Shown: positions 24,701 to 37,750 of the stretch, piece by piece
Layout of the letters: each line of letters starts with the position of its first letter
Position numbering within the stretch: the stretch's first letter is position 1
Assembly (NCBI GenBank): GCA_964247055.1
Contig: OZ176055.1
Coordinates: forward strand, 5,208,001 to 5,272,000
Source of the DNA: Paragordius varius
Lineage: Eukaryota > Animalia > Nematomorpha
Length of the DNA: 64,000 bases
Reading direction: 5' to 3'
Translations under genes and position numbers: made by a program
The notes under the pieces: model-generated
Seen by the model: the letters and a program-made list of their open reading frames with translations, nothing else
What the model was told of the DNA's origin: nothing
Databases searched by the model: none

Positions 24701-27700
24701 ATGATGTTCACTCCATATCCCACAACAATGCTTCTACCCTTTTATGGTGGTCTTGGGACAAATTTTAAAATGGAAAATGGCACAAATCCACTTGAATCAC
24801 AAAGGACACCACATATGCCAGAAAATATTTTATCTCTTGAATTTGGTAGTAAGAGGATAGGAACTATCAAATATTTTCCTGACACTCCTTCCTCAAATTT
24901 CCATGCAAACAATGAATCCAATCACGAATGCCCATATAATATATCTCCTGCACTGAAAAATGGCTCCTCAAACGAACCTCTTGATTCAAATCATTTTGAA
25001 GATTTTCCAGAGGATTCTATGAAAAATTGGGAAAACCAACAATGCAAACAAGGTTTTGCTTATTGACAGTCTATCTCAAAATTATAATATAAAAAGGCGT
25101 ATATATTGTTTTCGATTTATATAATAGAAAATATACAGAAAATTTATTCCAATTATTATCATAAATAAAAATAAAACATCATAGATATTAATTAATTCGC
25201 CTTGATATAATATATAAATATGGTTAACTCATTTTATCGCTTAATTTTATTAGTTTCGCCAATGTTTTTTAGATAGAATCACTATGAATTTTTAAGGGCT
25301 CTCCAAAAAAATAATGATAAATATTATTTTGTAGTTGCTAATTACGTTTAGTTATATACAACCCAATATGCGATAAAAATGCGATTTCTAATGCCTACTG
25401 AGGTTAAAAAAGACTACAAACGATTTCTAAATAATTCAAAAGACTTATCCTTGAGATAATTGATTTTTGGCGCTTTTTCGAAGAATACATAATGGCTACT
25501 GTTTACCTAAATAAGTTAGGGTTCAAAACACAAAATTTTAAATAAAATATTCTTTTGATATGAACCATTATTTATACCCATTATGTTACTATTATTGACA
25601 ATTAAATTTGCTATTTTGATAAATGATCGAAAAAAGTTTAACTTTGTTGTATAGTGTGCCTATAAAATTTTTCAATATAAATTCAGCTTTTGTATTCACA
25701 CGTTTTTTTGACAGATTGTGTGTATTTCACATCTTTGCGCCAAGATACATCAACATATGCACCCACTTATCTACCGCCAGACGAAGCTTTGCCTATCGGT
25801 AATTATACAATTACAATCCTAAATTCCTTTTTTTAAATAGAGTAAAATATTACATTTTCTCAGTTTCTATCAAATTTAGGAACATAATATAAGCGTAGGA
25901 GATTATTGTAAGGGAGCTGAATGGTTTTAATTATAATATTTAAAGTTTAATGGAAAATGTATGCCCAATACAACTAAACGTTATGTTAAATGAGGATTGT
26001 TCTTTGTGATATGTCATATTTTAAATTTAAAATATGGTTTGACTTGAATTGCTGTAAATATTGGAATTATATAGATGCAGAAATTTATTTTTAAAACATC
26101 ATAATAATTTGTACGAGTTTTATGCCATTTACACTTCATGAGTGTCCTTGAACATTTCAAGTTGGTCCTTAAAATATATTGATTTGTTTTTAACTTTCAA
26201 TCAAACCATGTATCATTCACATATTTTATTATTTTTAAACGTATTCTCTTGATTTTAAATTTTTAAATCAATGTTAATTCAGAAGCCGTACATTTTTATT
26301 AAAATAATATATTATTTTTTATAAGACTTTAACATGTAATTAAAAAAAATAAGTTTTATTAGTAATTAATAACATTTTTTCCTTGAAAAATTTATAATTA
26401 AACATTAGTGTTGAATTGGAAAAAATAATTGGAAACAAATTGGTTTTCGAATTAAAATAATTTTAATTAATTATGTAATAAATCAAGAGAATTGAGTTGA
26501 AAATTAATAAAATAAATAATTACATGCAAAATTTATGGCTAATTCCAAACTTAAAAAGTTTACAGACCAGGAAGTGTTAAAGGACCAACGCAGTCAAGAA
26601 CTCTCTTGAAGTGAAAAATGGTATATTCTATTTACTTTAGGGCCAGTGGTACTCACCAAAAAATTTTAAGGACCGCAAAAAATATTTATCTTGTCTCAAG
26701 GGCCGTGTACCTTATAATATTGATAAAAAATTCATATCTCTGTTTGACACATAATCAGTACATCAAAATATTTAATAAAATTCAGGTCGATGACTAACGT
26801 TTGTAATTATATGAAGTGTTATATTTAAAATTATTTTTTTGTCAAAACTTTTAAAACCGTATTATTGTTAAAATTGTAATAATATTAGAAAAAAGAAAAT
26901 ATATATTTTTATTAATAGGTAATACCAAGCAATCACCAAGCATCAAAGAAAATTCGGTATATACAATTTTCAAATTTACACATTTTTGTAGATTGATTTT
27001 ATTTTGATTCATATTTATTTTTTGATAATTTTTCAGTTTAACCTCATCAACAACGAAGAACGGGAAAAGTTTTTAGAATCGTTAAAATCTCTGAGTACAG
27101 GCAAGAACCTATATGATCTAAATAATTGTGCCGTCATTGGTTCATCGCATCAAGACCAAGATATTAAGGACAATGGTAATATAATTATTTAAAAAAAATG
27201 ATCTATTTTAGACATATAAATTATTTTTTTGTCACATTGAAATTTTTTAAAAATTCTTTTATATTTACATACCTTTTCATCAAAACGAAATTAATTTATA
27301 TGTTGGCGCATTTATTAATGGTGAAATTATTTATTGATATATTTCTTAAGAAAATAAAAAATTCAAAAAGTATTACCACGAAGTCCGGGTTACAAACGAT
27401 ACATCAAAATTTTGGACAAATTTGCTCAAGAATTAATATTTTTATTAAGAAAATAAATTGTTTAACTAAGTTTTTCTAATATTAATGTATACAGGCCAAC
27501 TCAATGAGCACAGTCCTATGAATGGTTTGCAAAAATCAGAATATTATAATATAAAGCCAAAAACACATATGCGAAAGCCAAAAAGAGGTTACGATTTTGC
27601 ATTTTGAGTATTAATTATGCCGCCACATAAAAAATTTCTGTGTAACCCAATATAGTTTTAAAATTACCATTTTTAGAATTTGCACCATATTAGAAATATC

Positions 27701-30700
27701 GGTTTTAAAGATGTTTTATTTTATTCCATTTTTCAGTCAAACTCACTCTTAGCCGTTTCAAAATTTATCATTTTTGTTATTCACTAAATTGATTAAAGAA
27801 ATATTATATATCATATATTTAAAAACTATTTCCTAGCAAAAATATTTTATTAAAATGTTTAGGTTTCGCATTTCATAGAAAATTTTTGACTTATTACATG
27901 GATCATTTTGTCTAATTATTGAATACGATAATCATATTTTCACGAATTGAAAATGCCGATTATGTTTTATGCCTATTTCATTAATCATGTGCATTTTAAA
28001 AAGTTACTCCACATTAGTGCATGAATTGAAGCATAGTAATTTATTGTGATATTATCCCCAATTTTGTCATTTTTAAATGACTCTTTCAATGTAAAACTAA
28101 GGCAAAAGATGGAATATTTTAAAAAATTGACTGTCTTGATTAGTCGCCAATTTGAAAACTACTGACAATATCCTATTCATAATTTTCTTTTTTTGTTAAC
28201 CCCATGTAAATCCAAATGTTGAAGCATTAATTATCTATGTTGTAGAACTCCGCAAGAATAGAACAAAGTTATTGAAAACCGATGCGTTTGTTGATGAATT
28301 TCTAAACAACCGAAGGCTTGAAAAGCGTTTTAATGCTGAGCTTGTCGTTCCCGAAACCGGACACATAGTTGATTATATGAATAATGTGCAAAATCATACA
28401 TTGACCGAGAACGTTAACAGCGAAACATCAGATTTAGTTTTTATTTGGGATCTGGATGAAAGCCTCATCATTTTCAATACATTGATTTCACAGTCCTTTG
28501 CTGCCAAGTATGGAAAGGTTAGAGAAACAATTTCATAACTTTAAACAATTAACCAATATTTACGATATTCGCTATTAGCTATTGATTCGCTTTATGATGA
28601 ATCTTTCAATAATATATTTAAACGTTTGGTTAATGTTCACAATATTTGTAAATCTGGAGAAGGTTGTGTCCGATTGGTAGGGAGTGCATATTTTACCGAT
28701 GAACGCTTTTATCGGTCAAATAATTACTCATTTGTTGCATTCGATCTTAATATTTCCAAATCAGACTATCCATAAATAATTCAGGGCCATAAAAAATTAC
28801 TTTTAGGGCCGCGATTTGATTATCACTGATTTATTCAGGTAATGAAATTTACAAAGGCTTACTAACTAAAAAAATTAATATGAGCCGGATATTGTAATTT
28901 GAATAAAAAAAACCATGCCAGATTATTATGTAAATTATAATTAATTATAACCCTCTATCAAACTTTGAAATATACAGCTGAATACAAAAACTTAATTTGA
29001 ATAATACATATTGTGCGTTTATATTTTTAAAAGTTATTACTATATTGATTATAATATATGTCATAGAATCCCCAAATTGGATTGAGATTGGGAATAGCTC
29101 TTGAAGAAATACTTTATAATATGGCCGACACGCATTTTTATTACTCAGATTTAGAGGTAAACAGATTAAATTTAGATGAGTGTCATATTATATACGAATA
29201 TATACGAATATTTATCTCCTTTTTTACGTGAAGGTTCATAATCAAATAAACATAAATGATATCACTGCCGCTGACCTTGCGGATGAAGAAACAAAAAGGT
29301 AATATTTATTTTTTTTAACTTAAAAGTAATATATTTTAAATAATATATGGATATAATCCTACTTTAATTATAATAATAATTTTAAATGAAGATTAAGTTA
29401 CTGTAAGCGATTGTGATAGTTAAAAAACATATCAATTAAGGTTGCGTGGGATGTTGTTTTAATTCAATACCTAGCTTTATTTAAAACTTTTCAGATATAT
29501 TTTAAGTTTATAACGATATATTCAATTTTCCAATTACAAAATACTATATTTGATAAATTTATTTACGAAAATGTTTTTGATTTAACATCGAAAACCGGGC
29601 AACCATTGATAATTATATTTAGTTTTTTTTGAAAGGTTAGTGCGCCCAGGCTCTATGCGAATAAGATTTAAAATTTTTAAATCTTTATTAAATGACAAAA
29701 AAAGCTATAATTTTATTATTTTAAGGAGGATTGACACGCACGGAATTAATTAGTTATATTTTTTTAAAATACCACAAGTTTATGTTTTTCGTTCGAATAC
29801 TTTTTCAATTTCTTAAAGAGTGTAACAATCAAATAGGCAAGATATTAATATTCCACTCTTTAGGCATATATATAAATATGCTCTAATCTGTTCAAAAATA
29901 ATTGAAAAAAGAAATTTGAACAAAAATGATAACTTTATTGCTTCATATAACCCCTAAAAGGGACCACCATCTTAATCATTAAGTTTATGTTTTATGACCA
30001 TATATTAGGTATTATATATATCTGGATAAATTATGGAAAAGTTTGACTCGTACTAATAATCCCCTTTTACTGATATTAATACAGGGAAATAGGTTTATTT
30101 AGATAAAATCATTGGCTTATGTATTTATATCTTTAAATTCCTTTTCATATTATATTTTAGTCAAAAAGAATTAACAACTTTGAGTTTAACTTCCAATAAC
30201 GAAGACTTATCAACGAAAATTTTGAATCCTTCTCATATAATATCACTGGACCTTAATCTTAATTGCAATAGTGATTACGTAAATTCAAACGATGGCCTTA
30301 ACGAACTAAACCAAATTGTCGGAAAATATAAACGAATTATTGAGATATATCAAAATTATGGATCAAATCTTGAAAGTTTTCATTCATTATAAGATTATAA
30401 ATTTTGTAATTTTGTAAATTTTGTAACAGGTTAAACAAATATAATTCATATCAGCAATGGTATAAAAAAGAGTCGGCGAAAAGGGCATAGTTTGCTTTTG
30501 GGTAATAAGGCAGATAAGAAGTTTTTAAGAGCCGGTTGTCAATCTTTTAGTTTTTCACATTTATCAACATCAACTATTTTTCTTTTTCATCGATTATTAT
30601 CAGTCGAATATTAATATTTTTAACTAATATATTATTTTGATATTAAGAAGTTATCTATGGTCCTTAAAAGTATAAAGATGCGGCTTTGGTTTTAGTTTAT

Positions 30701-32754
30701 TAATAGATGCTCTAACTTTCCCTACATTGTTATTATAAAATAAATATTATATTAAATGTTACAGATTTGATTGGAGTTGCAACTTATTCTCGTTTGAAAA
30801 AAATATTGGATGATATTAATACTTTTACCGATTCCTGGTCTCAAATTGCCAAGAAATGTATACAACAAACTAATCACAAGTAAATATATAATAAGGGTTG
30901 TCCTTTATTTTATTGCCTTATATTTTATGGTGGCGATATTATTTAACGCTAAAAGAATATTCCGTAACGTCGCTATTTGTATATATACAGTAAAAATTGA
31001 AATTGTACAGACAAGACGTAAAAATTAAATGACAAATATATTTTTACAAACAACCATCTTTTTAACTTTCATTTTATAACATAATCTATCTTTTTCGGTC
31101 GCTAAACAAGCAATCGAGATGTAAATTGGTAACACCCTCAATTATAAAATATGAAATTGTAATTATATAGTTTATGCATAAATCACGGTTTATAAAAGTA
31201 TGGTTGTCTTTTTGGGAATATTTTACTGTATACATATTGATAAGCAAGATTTATTTAAATGTTAGGAAAGGGTACATTAATGTTTTGGTGGCAAACACAC
31301 CTCTGATTATTACCTTGTGCAAAATTATGATATGGGGCATGGCGGATTGTTTTGATATTAACAACATTTACAGTTCTTCAAAAACAGGTTTTGCATAAAT
31401 TAACTTTGATCAAATGAAGCAAACAAATACACTGATAAATCTAATTGTTGAATGAACATTTTAGGAAAAGAATGCTGTATTGAACGCATTTGTAACCGTT
31501 TTGGAAAACGATGTACTTACATGATTATAGGAGATGGCCAGGAAGAGTTTGAGACGGCAAAGCAAGTAAAATTTTTATAATAAGCCCTAAATGTGGTATA
31601 AAAATATTTTTTACCATTATTTTGGGGTGTAAAATAAAATCGTTGAAGCAACTGAGTTAAAAATATACGTTATCTTTGAAATATAAAAAGGTATTTTAAA
31701 TGACAAAAAGCCCTCTTTGCACCGTATGGACTTGTAATGCTGCCACTGCATTAAAGAATGCCTATTTTTTATCAATATCTATTTTTGATAAGAATATAAA
31801 AAAAATATTTATGATTGATAATTTATAAATTAAATTTTTACGAAACCGACTTTGAGGTGTATGTAGTATGCACTAAAATTTAGCAAATTTTAACTAAATT
31901 ACCAATCTGTTTTTTTATTTTTGAAAAAATGTATCAGAATGTTCCTTATTTTTCTGGATTCAAAAAAGGCATTTTGTGAGTATTTATGGGATTGAACCTA
32001 TTTACTCCTATTTAGCAAATCGAATATTTGTAACTTTTTTGTGAATTTGAAATTTGTTTAATAATCATATCATAAAATATATTATCCGCATCATAATAAT
32101 TTTTTTATATATAAAACATTTTATAATGTATTAAAAAATTTAAAATTTCGAGGTACACGTTTTTAGCGTTAAAATATCTTATTTAGTGATTTTTTTCTAA
32201 TATTCTAATGTGGACGACTATTTTTTGCGGTACGAAAGTCACACAAAATATTTCGCCCACTTATGCCGACTCATAATAGGTTACAAAACATCTCAAATAA
32301 TTTTTGTAAATTTTTTTCATGAGGCTACGAAAAAGAGGTGTGACCCTATTCAGAATCGTACCAAATAGTACACTATAAGGACGACTGTGTGTGTGTGTGT
32401 TTGATTTGGGACTGTAATTGTTAACACATAGAAATATTAAGTCTTGAACTTAATATATGTTTATCACGTTATTACAATTGACATTGAACAATGATAAACA
32501 TTGAATGTGTAAAACTATGCTGTTGTTGATTTTATTTAAAGGTATAGTTACAATAGCAAACAAATCATATATAAGGCAGTTTGCAAATTAATTTACAATC
32601 GGCTTTAACTTTGAAATTTAAATAATTATATATTTTACCAAAACATAATAAAATGTTATTATTAATTACATAGATGAATATACCATTCTGGAAAATAACA
32701 AATCTTACAGACATTGTATCCTTGAAACAAGCATTGGATTTGGATCTTTTATAA
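24701..32754 (+). CDS. EYA: Eyes absent (EYA) HAD-family tyrosine phosphatase / transcriptional co-activator
   Basis: 13 phase-consistent exons: 24701-25052, 25715-25798, 26919-26956, 27037-27175, 27495-27587, 28246-28517, 29067-29156, 29234-29298, 30161-30375, 30765-30879, 31266-31387, 31465-31565, 32674-32754, giving 588 aa. EYA-domain motifs: VFIWDLDESLIIF, MADTHF, NIYSSSKTGKECC, IIGDGQEE, IPFWKI. The N-terminal exons rest on phase and splice signals only. Confidence 0.9.
26125..26621. mobile_element. Degenerate family D1 MITE in an EYA intron
   Basis: CCATTTACACTTCATGAGTGTCCTTGAAC … TCTTGAAGTGAAAAATGG|TATA. Interior is similar to 6751-7390. Confidence 0.75.
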
Positions 32755-34883
32755 ATTATATGAATAACGGCCTAAATATTTTATTTATTAATTTTACATT
32801 CCTTGCTTTAACCCAATTACTGCAATCGTAATAAATACTCTTATAATTAATCAATTTATAAGTCTGATTAATCAAAGTAAAACAAAACACAATCTCTTCT
32901 GGTTATAATCAGCCATAGAATAAAGTAAACAGTACTATACAGTAGCTGTCATCATATCATAATTATACTTTTCAAAAAACTGGCCTTATTTTCTAACTTA
33001 ATACTTATCAACATGCTCTTTCCCAAATTTTATATATATTGTACTTTGAAAAAGACCACTTGTAAGCATATATTTTATCATAAATTCTTTGTGGGTATTA
33101 GGCCATACGAAACCATACATTTGATCTGTTTAATAATAGTTTGTAAGAAAAATTGTATATTTTTAGCCTTTTTAAAGCGTATTGGTCATTATGAGGACTC
33201 TATTTTACATATACTGTTAAAATATTGATCTAGATAATCGTACTTTGCCCAATCATTTAATTTTTTTGCAATTAACCGCTTCTTATCCCGACATATCGCA
33301 AATCAGGGGTCGAAAACCGCGCAGGGCGGGCCGCACATTAAAATTTATTTTTTTTTCATTTATATTTTATAATAAGTGGAGATAAAACATCATTTTTTTC
33401 CATAAATTTTCTTAACAACTCTTAAAGTATTTATCCAGTCGTATGTTCAGCAATTAATTCGATTATGTACGGATTTTTGACCAATGCGACTAAACTAAGT
33501 CGCTTACAGAATTTCGTTTCCAAGGATTTAATTAACAATTAATTTTGTTTTGTTGTAGCGCGATTCCCATTTATTATATTATTCTTGTGTTAGTATAGTG
33601 GCAAAGTATTTTGACAGTGTGATAGATTATTCGCAAAGCTCTTTTTCTATCGATTAAAACTTTGCGGTTTTTCCATCGTTATCTTTTGATATAATTTTTT
33701 TTAATATACCATGAATTATAATGAAATATATAAGAGGTCCCTCCCGGCGATTTTCTTAGTAAACTAAAATTATTTTTATTATTAATATTATCTATTTGAA
33801 AAATCATATTATTTAACGATTGCCAATTATAAATGATTTACAAAACTAGACTCTTGGATTCACCTCAACTCTAACTTTAAAAATAAGAAGAGCACGGTGA
33901 GCTCCTCTCCAAAGTTTCTGCATGCGGGCGCGGAATTACACCAATCGATCGGCTGCAAAACATATTTCATATAAAGACATATTCAAATTATAAGTGTAGG
34001 TTTTAAAATTTTGACAGCTTAGTGGACATAAATTTTATTAGCAAATATTTCAAAAATACAGTCCGCCATTTTCTCGCCTATGTGGTTAAAAAACCATTTA
34101 AATTACTACCCTGATGTATTCGATTGGTTTTCAATTTGAACTTGTGTACGTGTAATGATCACATAAGGCATGTAGTAATACTTGCTAAGCAAGGTGTCAT
34201 ATTTGTCTGATTTAAGTGTAAAAAATTTTATCATGCTTTTCAAATAGCGTAAATCTTTGTCAAGGTATTATTTCGGCAACATAATGATTCTCCTAACCTT
34301 TAATGGCGTGTCGTGTAAAAAATCTCACAGATACAGACTGCCTACCGCTTCTCTAAATAAAACAATATCTTATCGAATTGATATATATCAAAACATACTT
34401 AATCCCTTCAGACCATCCCTTAAAAAATTTAAAATATGAATTTAAAGTTAGGCTGAAGTGTTTAGTATTTAAATGCTAAGATCTTGTACTTTGCATAAGG
34501 TGACCAGACGTCCCGCTTTTGGCGGGACAGTCCCGCTTTTTCACACTTTGTCCCGCCTCCCGCTGCGTTTTTGAAATGTCCCGCTTTTTCACTATTATAT
34601 AATAAAAGATTTTTTTAAATACATTTATGTTTTTTATAAAAAAATTTTTTTATCCGTTTAAATTTATTATCATTAGATATCTTTAAAATCTGTATCAATT
34701 TTATAAAGTTTTTTATTTTTAAATTAAAAATATTTATTTTTTCAAATTTATATCATATGATGATACACTTTGCTTCCTAATCCTACTGCCAACATTATCA
34801 AAAAGACAAATTAATATCACAAATCGGTAGCTTATACGTTTACTCCAGAAAATTAAGGTAATATAATATTTTTTATATTAATA

Positions 34884-35956
34884 CTAGCGTAAATCTCGTG
34901 CTGCTACGCAGCCAGAATAAACCCTTCGGAATTCTGGGGGGAGGGCTATTTGAAATAAGGGACAATAAAATGATCCACATATGTGGATTATTTCGAAACA
35001 TTATTTAATAGATATGATTTTATAGGAATTTTAAAACGGAGCATTCATACTAATTAATATATTGTTTAATATGGCGAAAAATAGATTTAAAAAATTATTT
35101 TTGTGGACTTTGTTTTTTGAAAAAAATGGCATTTTACGAAGGGAGCGGGGAAAAAGAGGGATTAAATCAAAAGCGAGACGACTATTTTCGGCGCAATCGA
35201 AAATAAGTAAATTGAATGATACTTTCTCCAGAAAATTGTCTCAAAGACACGATTTTTGTGGATTTCTGTTTTAAAAAAAAACCGTTTTTCAGACGGGGTG
35301 GGCCAGAACTGGGGGCTATTTCAAAAAAAAGGCGAAGCTATTGTGGGACATTTATTAATGATTATATTTTTTCGATATTTGGATTTGATTGGGTTCACCG
35401 GTTTTCCGGAAACAGATCACAAAGTTACATGAGGAATCAGTTTTTAGCGGGTAGCTCCCTACCCAGCAGCTACCATCAAAGAAACGCTTGACTAAAATTT
35501 TTGCCTTTTAGCAGAGAATACATGGAATCCATATTGAATTTTTACGGTCTCATACCTAAGGCGAAAAATAGATTTAAAAAATTATTTTTGTGGACTTTGT
35601 TTTTGAAAAAAATGGCATTTTACGGGGGGAGCGGGTAAAAAGAGGGCCTTAATCAAAAAAGCGAGACGACTATGTTCGGCGCAATCGAAAATAAGTAAAC
35701 AAAAATCATATTTGAAATTGAATGGTCCAACACGTTCCCCAGAAAATTGTCTCAAAGACACGATTTTGTGGACTTTTGTTTTGAAAAAAAACCGTTTTTC
35801 ACACGGGGTGGGCCCGAATTGGGGGCCTATTTCAAAAAAGGGCGAAGCTATTGTTGGGGCATTCATTAATGATTATATTTTTTCGAACTTTGGATTTGAA
35901 TGGGTCTACCGGTTTTCCGGTACAGCCAGCATTTTCCATTTTTATAAATATATAGA
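34884..35956 (-). mobile_element. Non-autonomous Helitron nested in the hAT element, with an internal tandem duplication
   Basis: Minus strand begins A|TCTATATATTTATAAAAATGG and ends GCTGC-GTA-GCAGC hairpin, 12 nt, CTAG|T. Region ~35065-35420 is repeated at ~35560-35930. Confidence 0.85.
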
Positions 35957-35969
35957 TTAGTTTAAAATA

Positions 35970-37750
35970 TGAGTACAAAAAGAGGTTGTAAATTTAACGA
36001 TGATTTAATGAAAGAATTTCCTTTTATCAAAAAAACGAAGAATGAATCATTTGTTAAATGCTTTCTGTTAGGGGTTCACTCTACCACATGGCGGTAAGCA
36101 TAATATTACAAAGCATATGGAAATACAGAAACATAAAAAATGTTTAGATATGGTGGCATCATCTTTCAAAATGAGGGATTTTTATCGTATAACCGCTTTT
36201 GGAGAGGAAGAAAAGAATTTGGCACTAGCCCAAGGCGTTTTATCTTTTCACGCGTTAATCACAATCATCCCATTAGATCTATGGATTGCACCTCACATGT
36301 TATTCGTGTCCGTACAAAGGCTGAAGGCATTGTATGCATTGTCCTTTCGCCACATGCATTTTCTGAATACAAAAAGATTTCCTGAAAATTAATTTCATAT
36401 CGCCATACTCTAATGTATCAAATCAGGAAACAAAAATATTTCCCACGCTAATAAAATATTTTGTCCAGAAACCGGAGTAAAATTAAAATTTTAAATTTTA
36501 TTTCCCGGTGCGAATTCCGACATAATTTTACTTCAATAATGAATATTCTAGGAAAAAATAATTTAAAAGACAAAATCATCGCATATTGCGGTACACCAAT
36601 ACGAACTTCGGTGGAAAAGCAAGGAGGGAAACAAAAAATAATTTTCAGTAATTAGCAGATAATATTAATCCATTATTGACGTTGGGTGTGTAGCGCTTAT
36701 AACACACAACGCTATTCAAACAGCTGCTGATTTGTTACCCCTAGATGTGGAAAATGTAGCTGTTAAGGTATATTCCTATTTTTATATACACGGTACGCGT
36801 TGAAACGCTTAAGAAATTCTGTGCAACAGAAGTACAATATTAAAAAATGCTTGGATATTGTAAAACTCGTTGGTTTGCTCTTCTGCCAGCTATCGAAGGA
36901 ATTTTAAAAAATGATCCTTTAAAATCCTATTTTTTTATCACAGGACAAATGTCCTACAACTTTGGAAAAGTTTTTTGAAAGTGATCTTCAAAAATATGGT
37001 TAGAATTCTTACATAATCAAGCTTATCTCTTTCAAAATGTTATTAAATTGATAGAAAGCGACAAAACTTCGGCAATCGAAGTAGCCAATGAAGTTAGTAA
37101 CCTAAAATTCCAATGTAGAAAGGTTATAAAATAATTTTATACCAGTAACCATCCGCAATATTATGAATATTTTAGAAAAACAAGGCTTAATAAATCTCCA
37201 AGATATCTTGTACCATTAAAAATGTTTTATACAAACTGTAAAGATTATTGGTAGACTGGACGGTGCAATTCAATGAAACTGATCATTTTCATTGGATAAC
37301 ATTAAAACTTGAATTTAATTGGTGCGATGTTCAAAAATCCTTTCTGCATTTCCCAAAAATTCCCACAATAACCTTACAGAAAATATCTATTTTCTAAAAT
37401 ATCATTAGTTATAAAATATATTAATAATGAAAAACTTAAATTATGGACAACAGAAAAAATACAGTCGAAAAGAAATGGTTAGAAATATTTCATCATTTGA
37501 AAACAAACTATTTTCCATGCAATATTTTAAAAATTGTAGTTGCATTATCTTTACGTGGAACCAACGCTACTACTGAGCGCATTTTTTCCACAGTAAATCA
37601 GATGATTGGAAAAATCAAATTTAAATGTTGAGACTTTAAAGGCCGTGTTATCTGTTAAATATAATTTGACAAATTCTTGTGAAGACTTCTACAATATTTT
37701 ATATAATGATGACAATCTGCTAAAACGCATTCACTCAAATAAAAAATATA
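35970..37750 (+). pseudogene. Fragmented hAT transposase
   Basis: Frameshifted pieces translate as FNDDLMKEFPFI, HNHPIRSMDCTS, RTKAEGIV, HNAIQTAADLLPLDVE, KTRWFALLPAIE and LSLRGTNATTERIFS (C-terminal dimerisation motif). Multiple stops and frameshifts; the ends are approximate. Confidence 0.85.
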
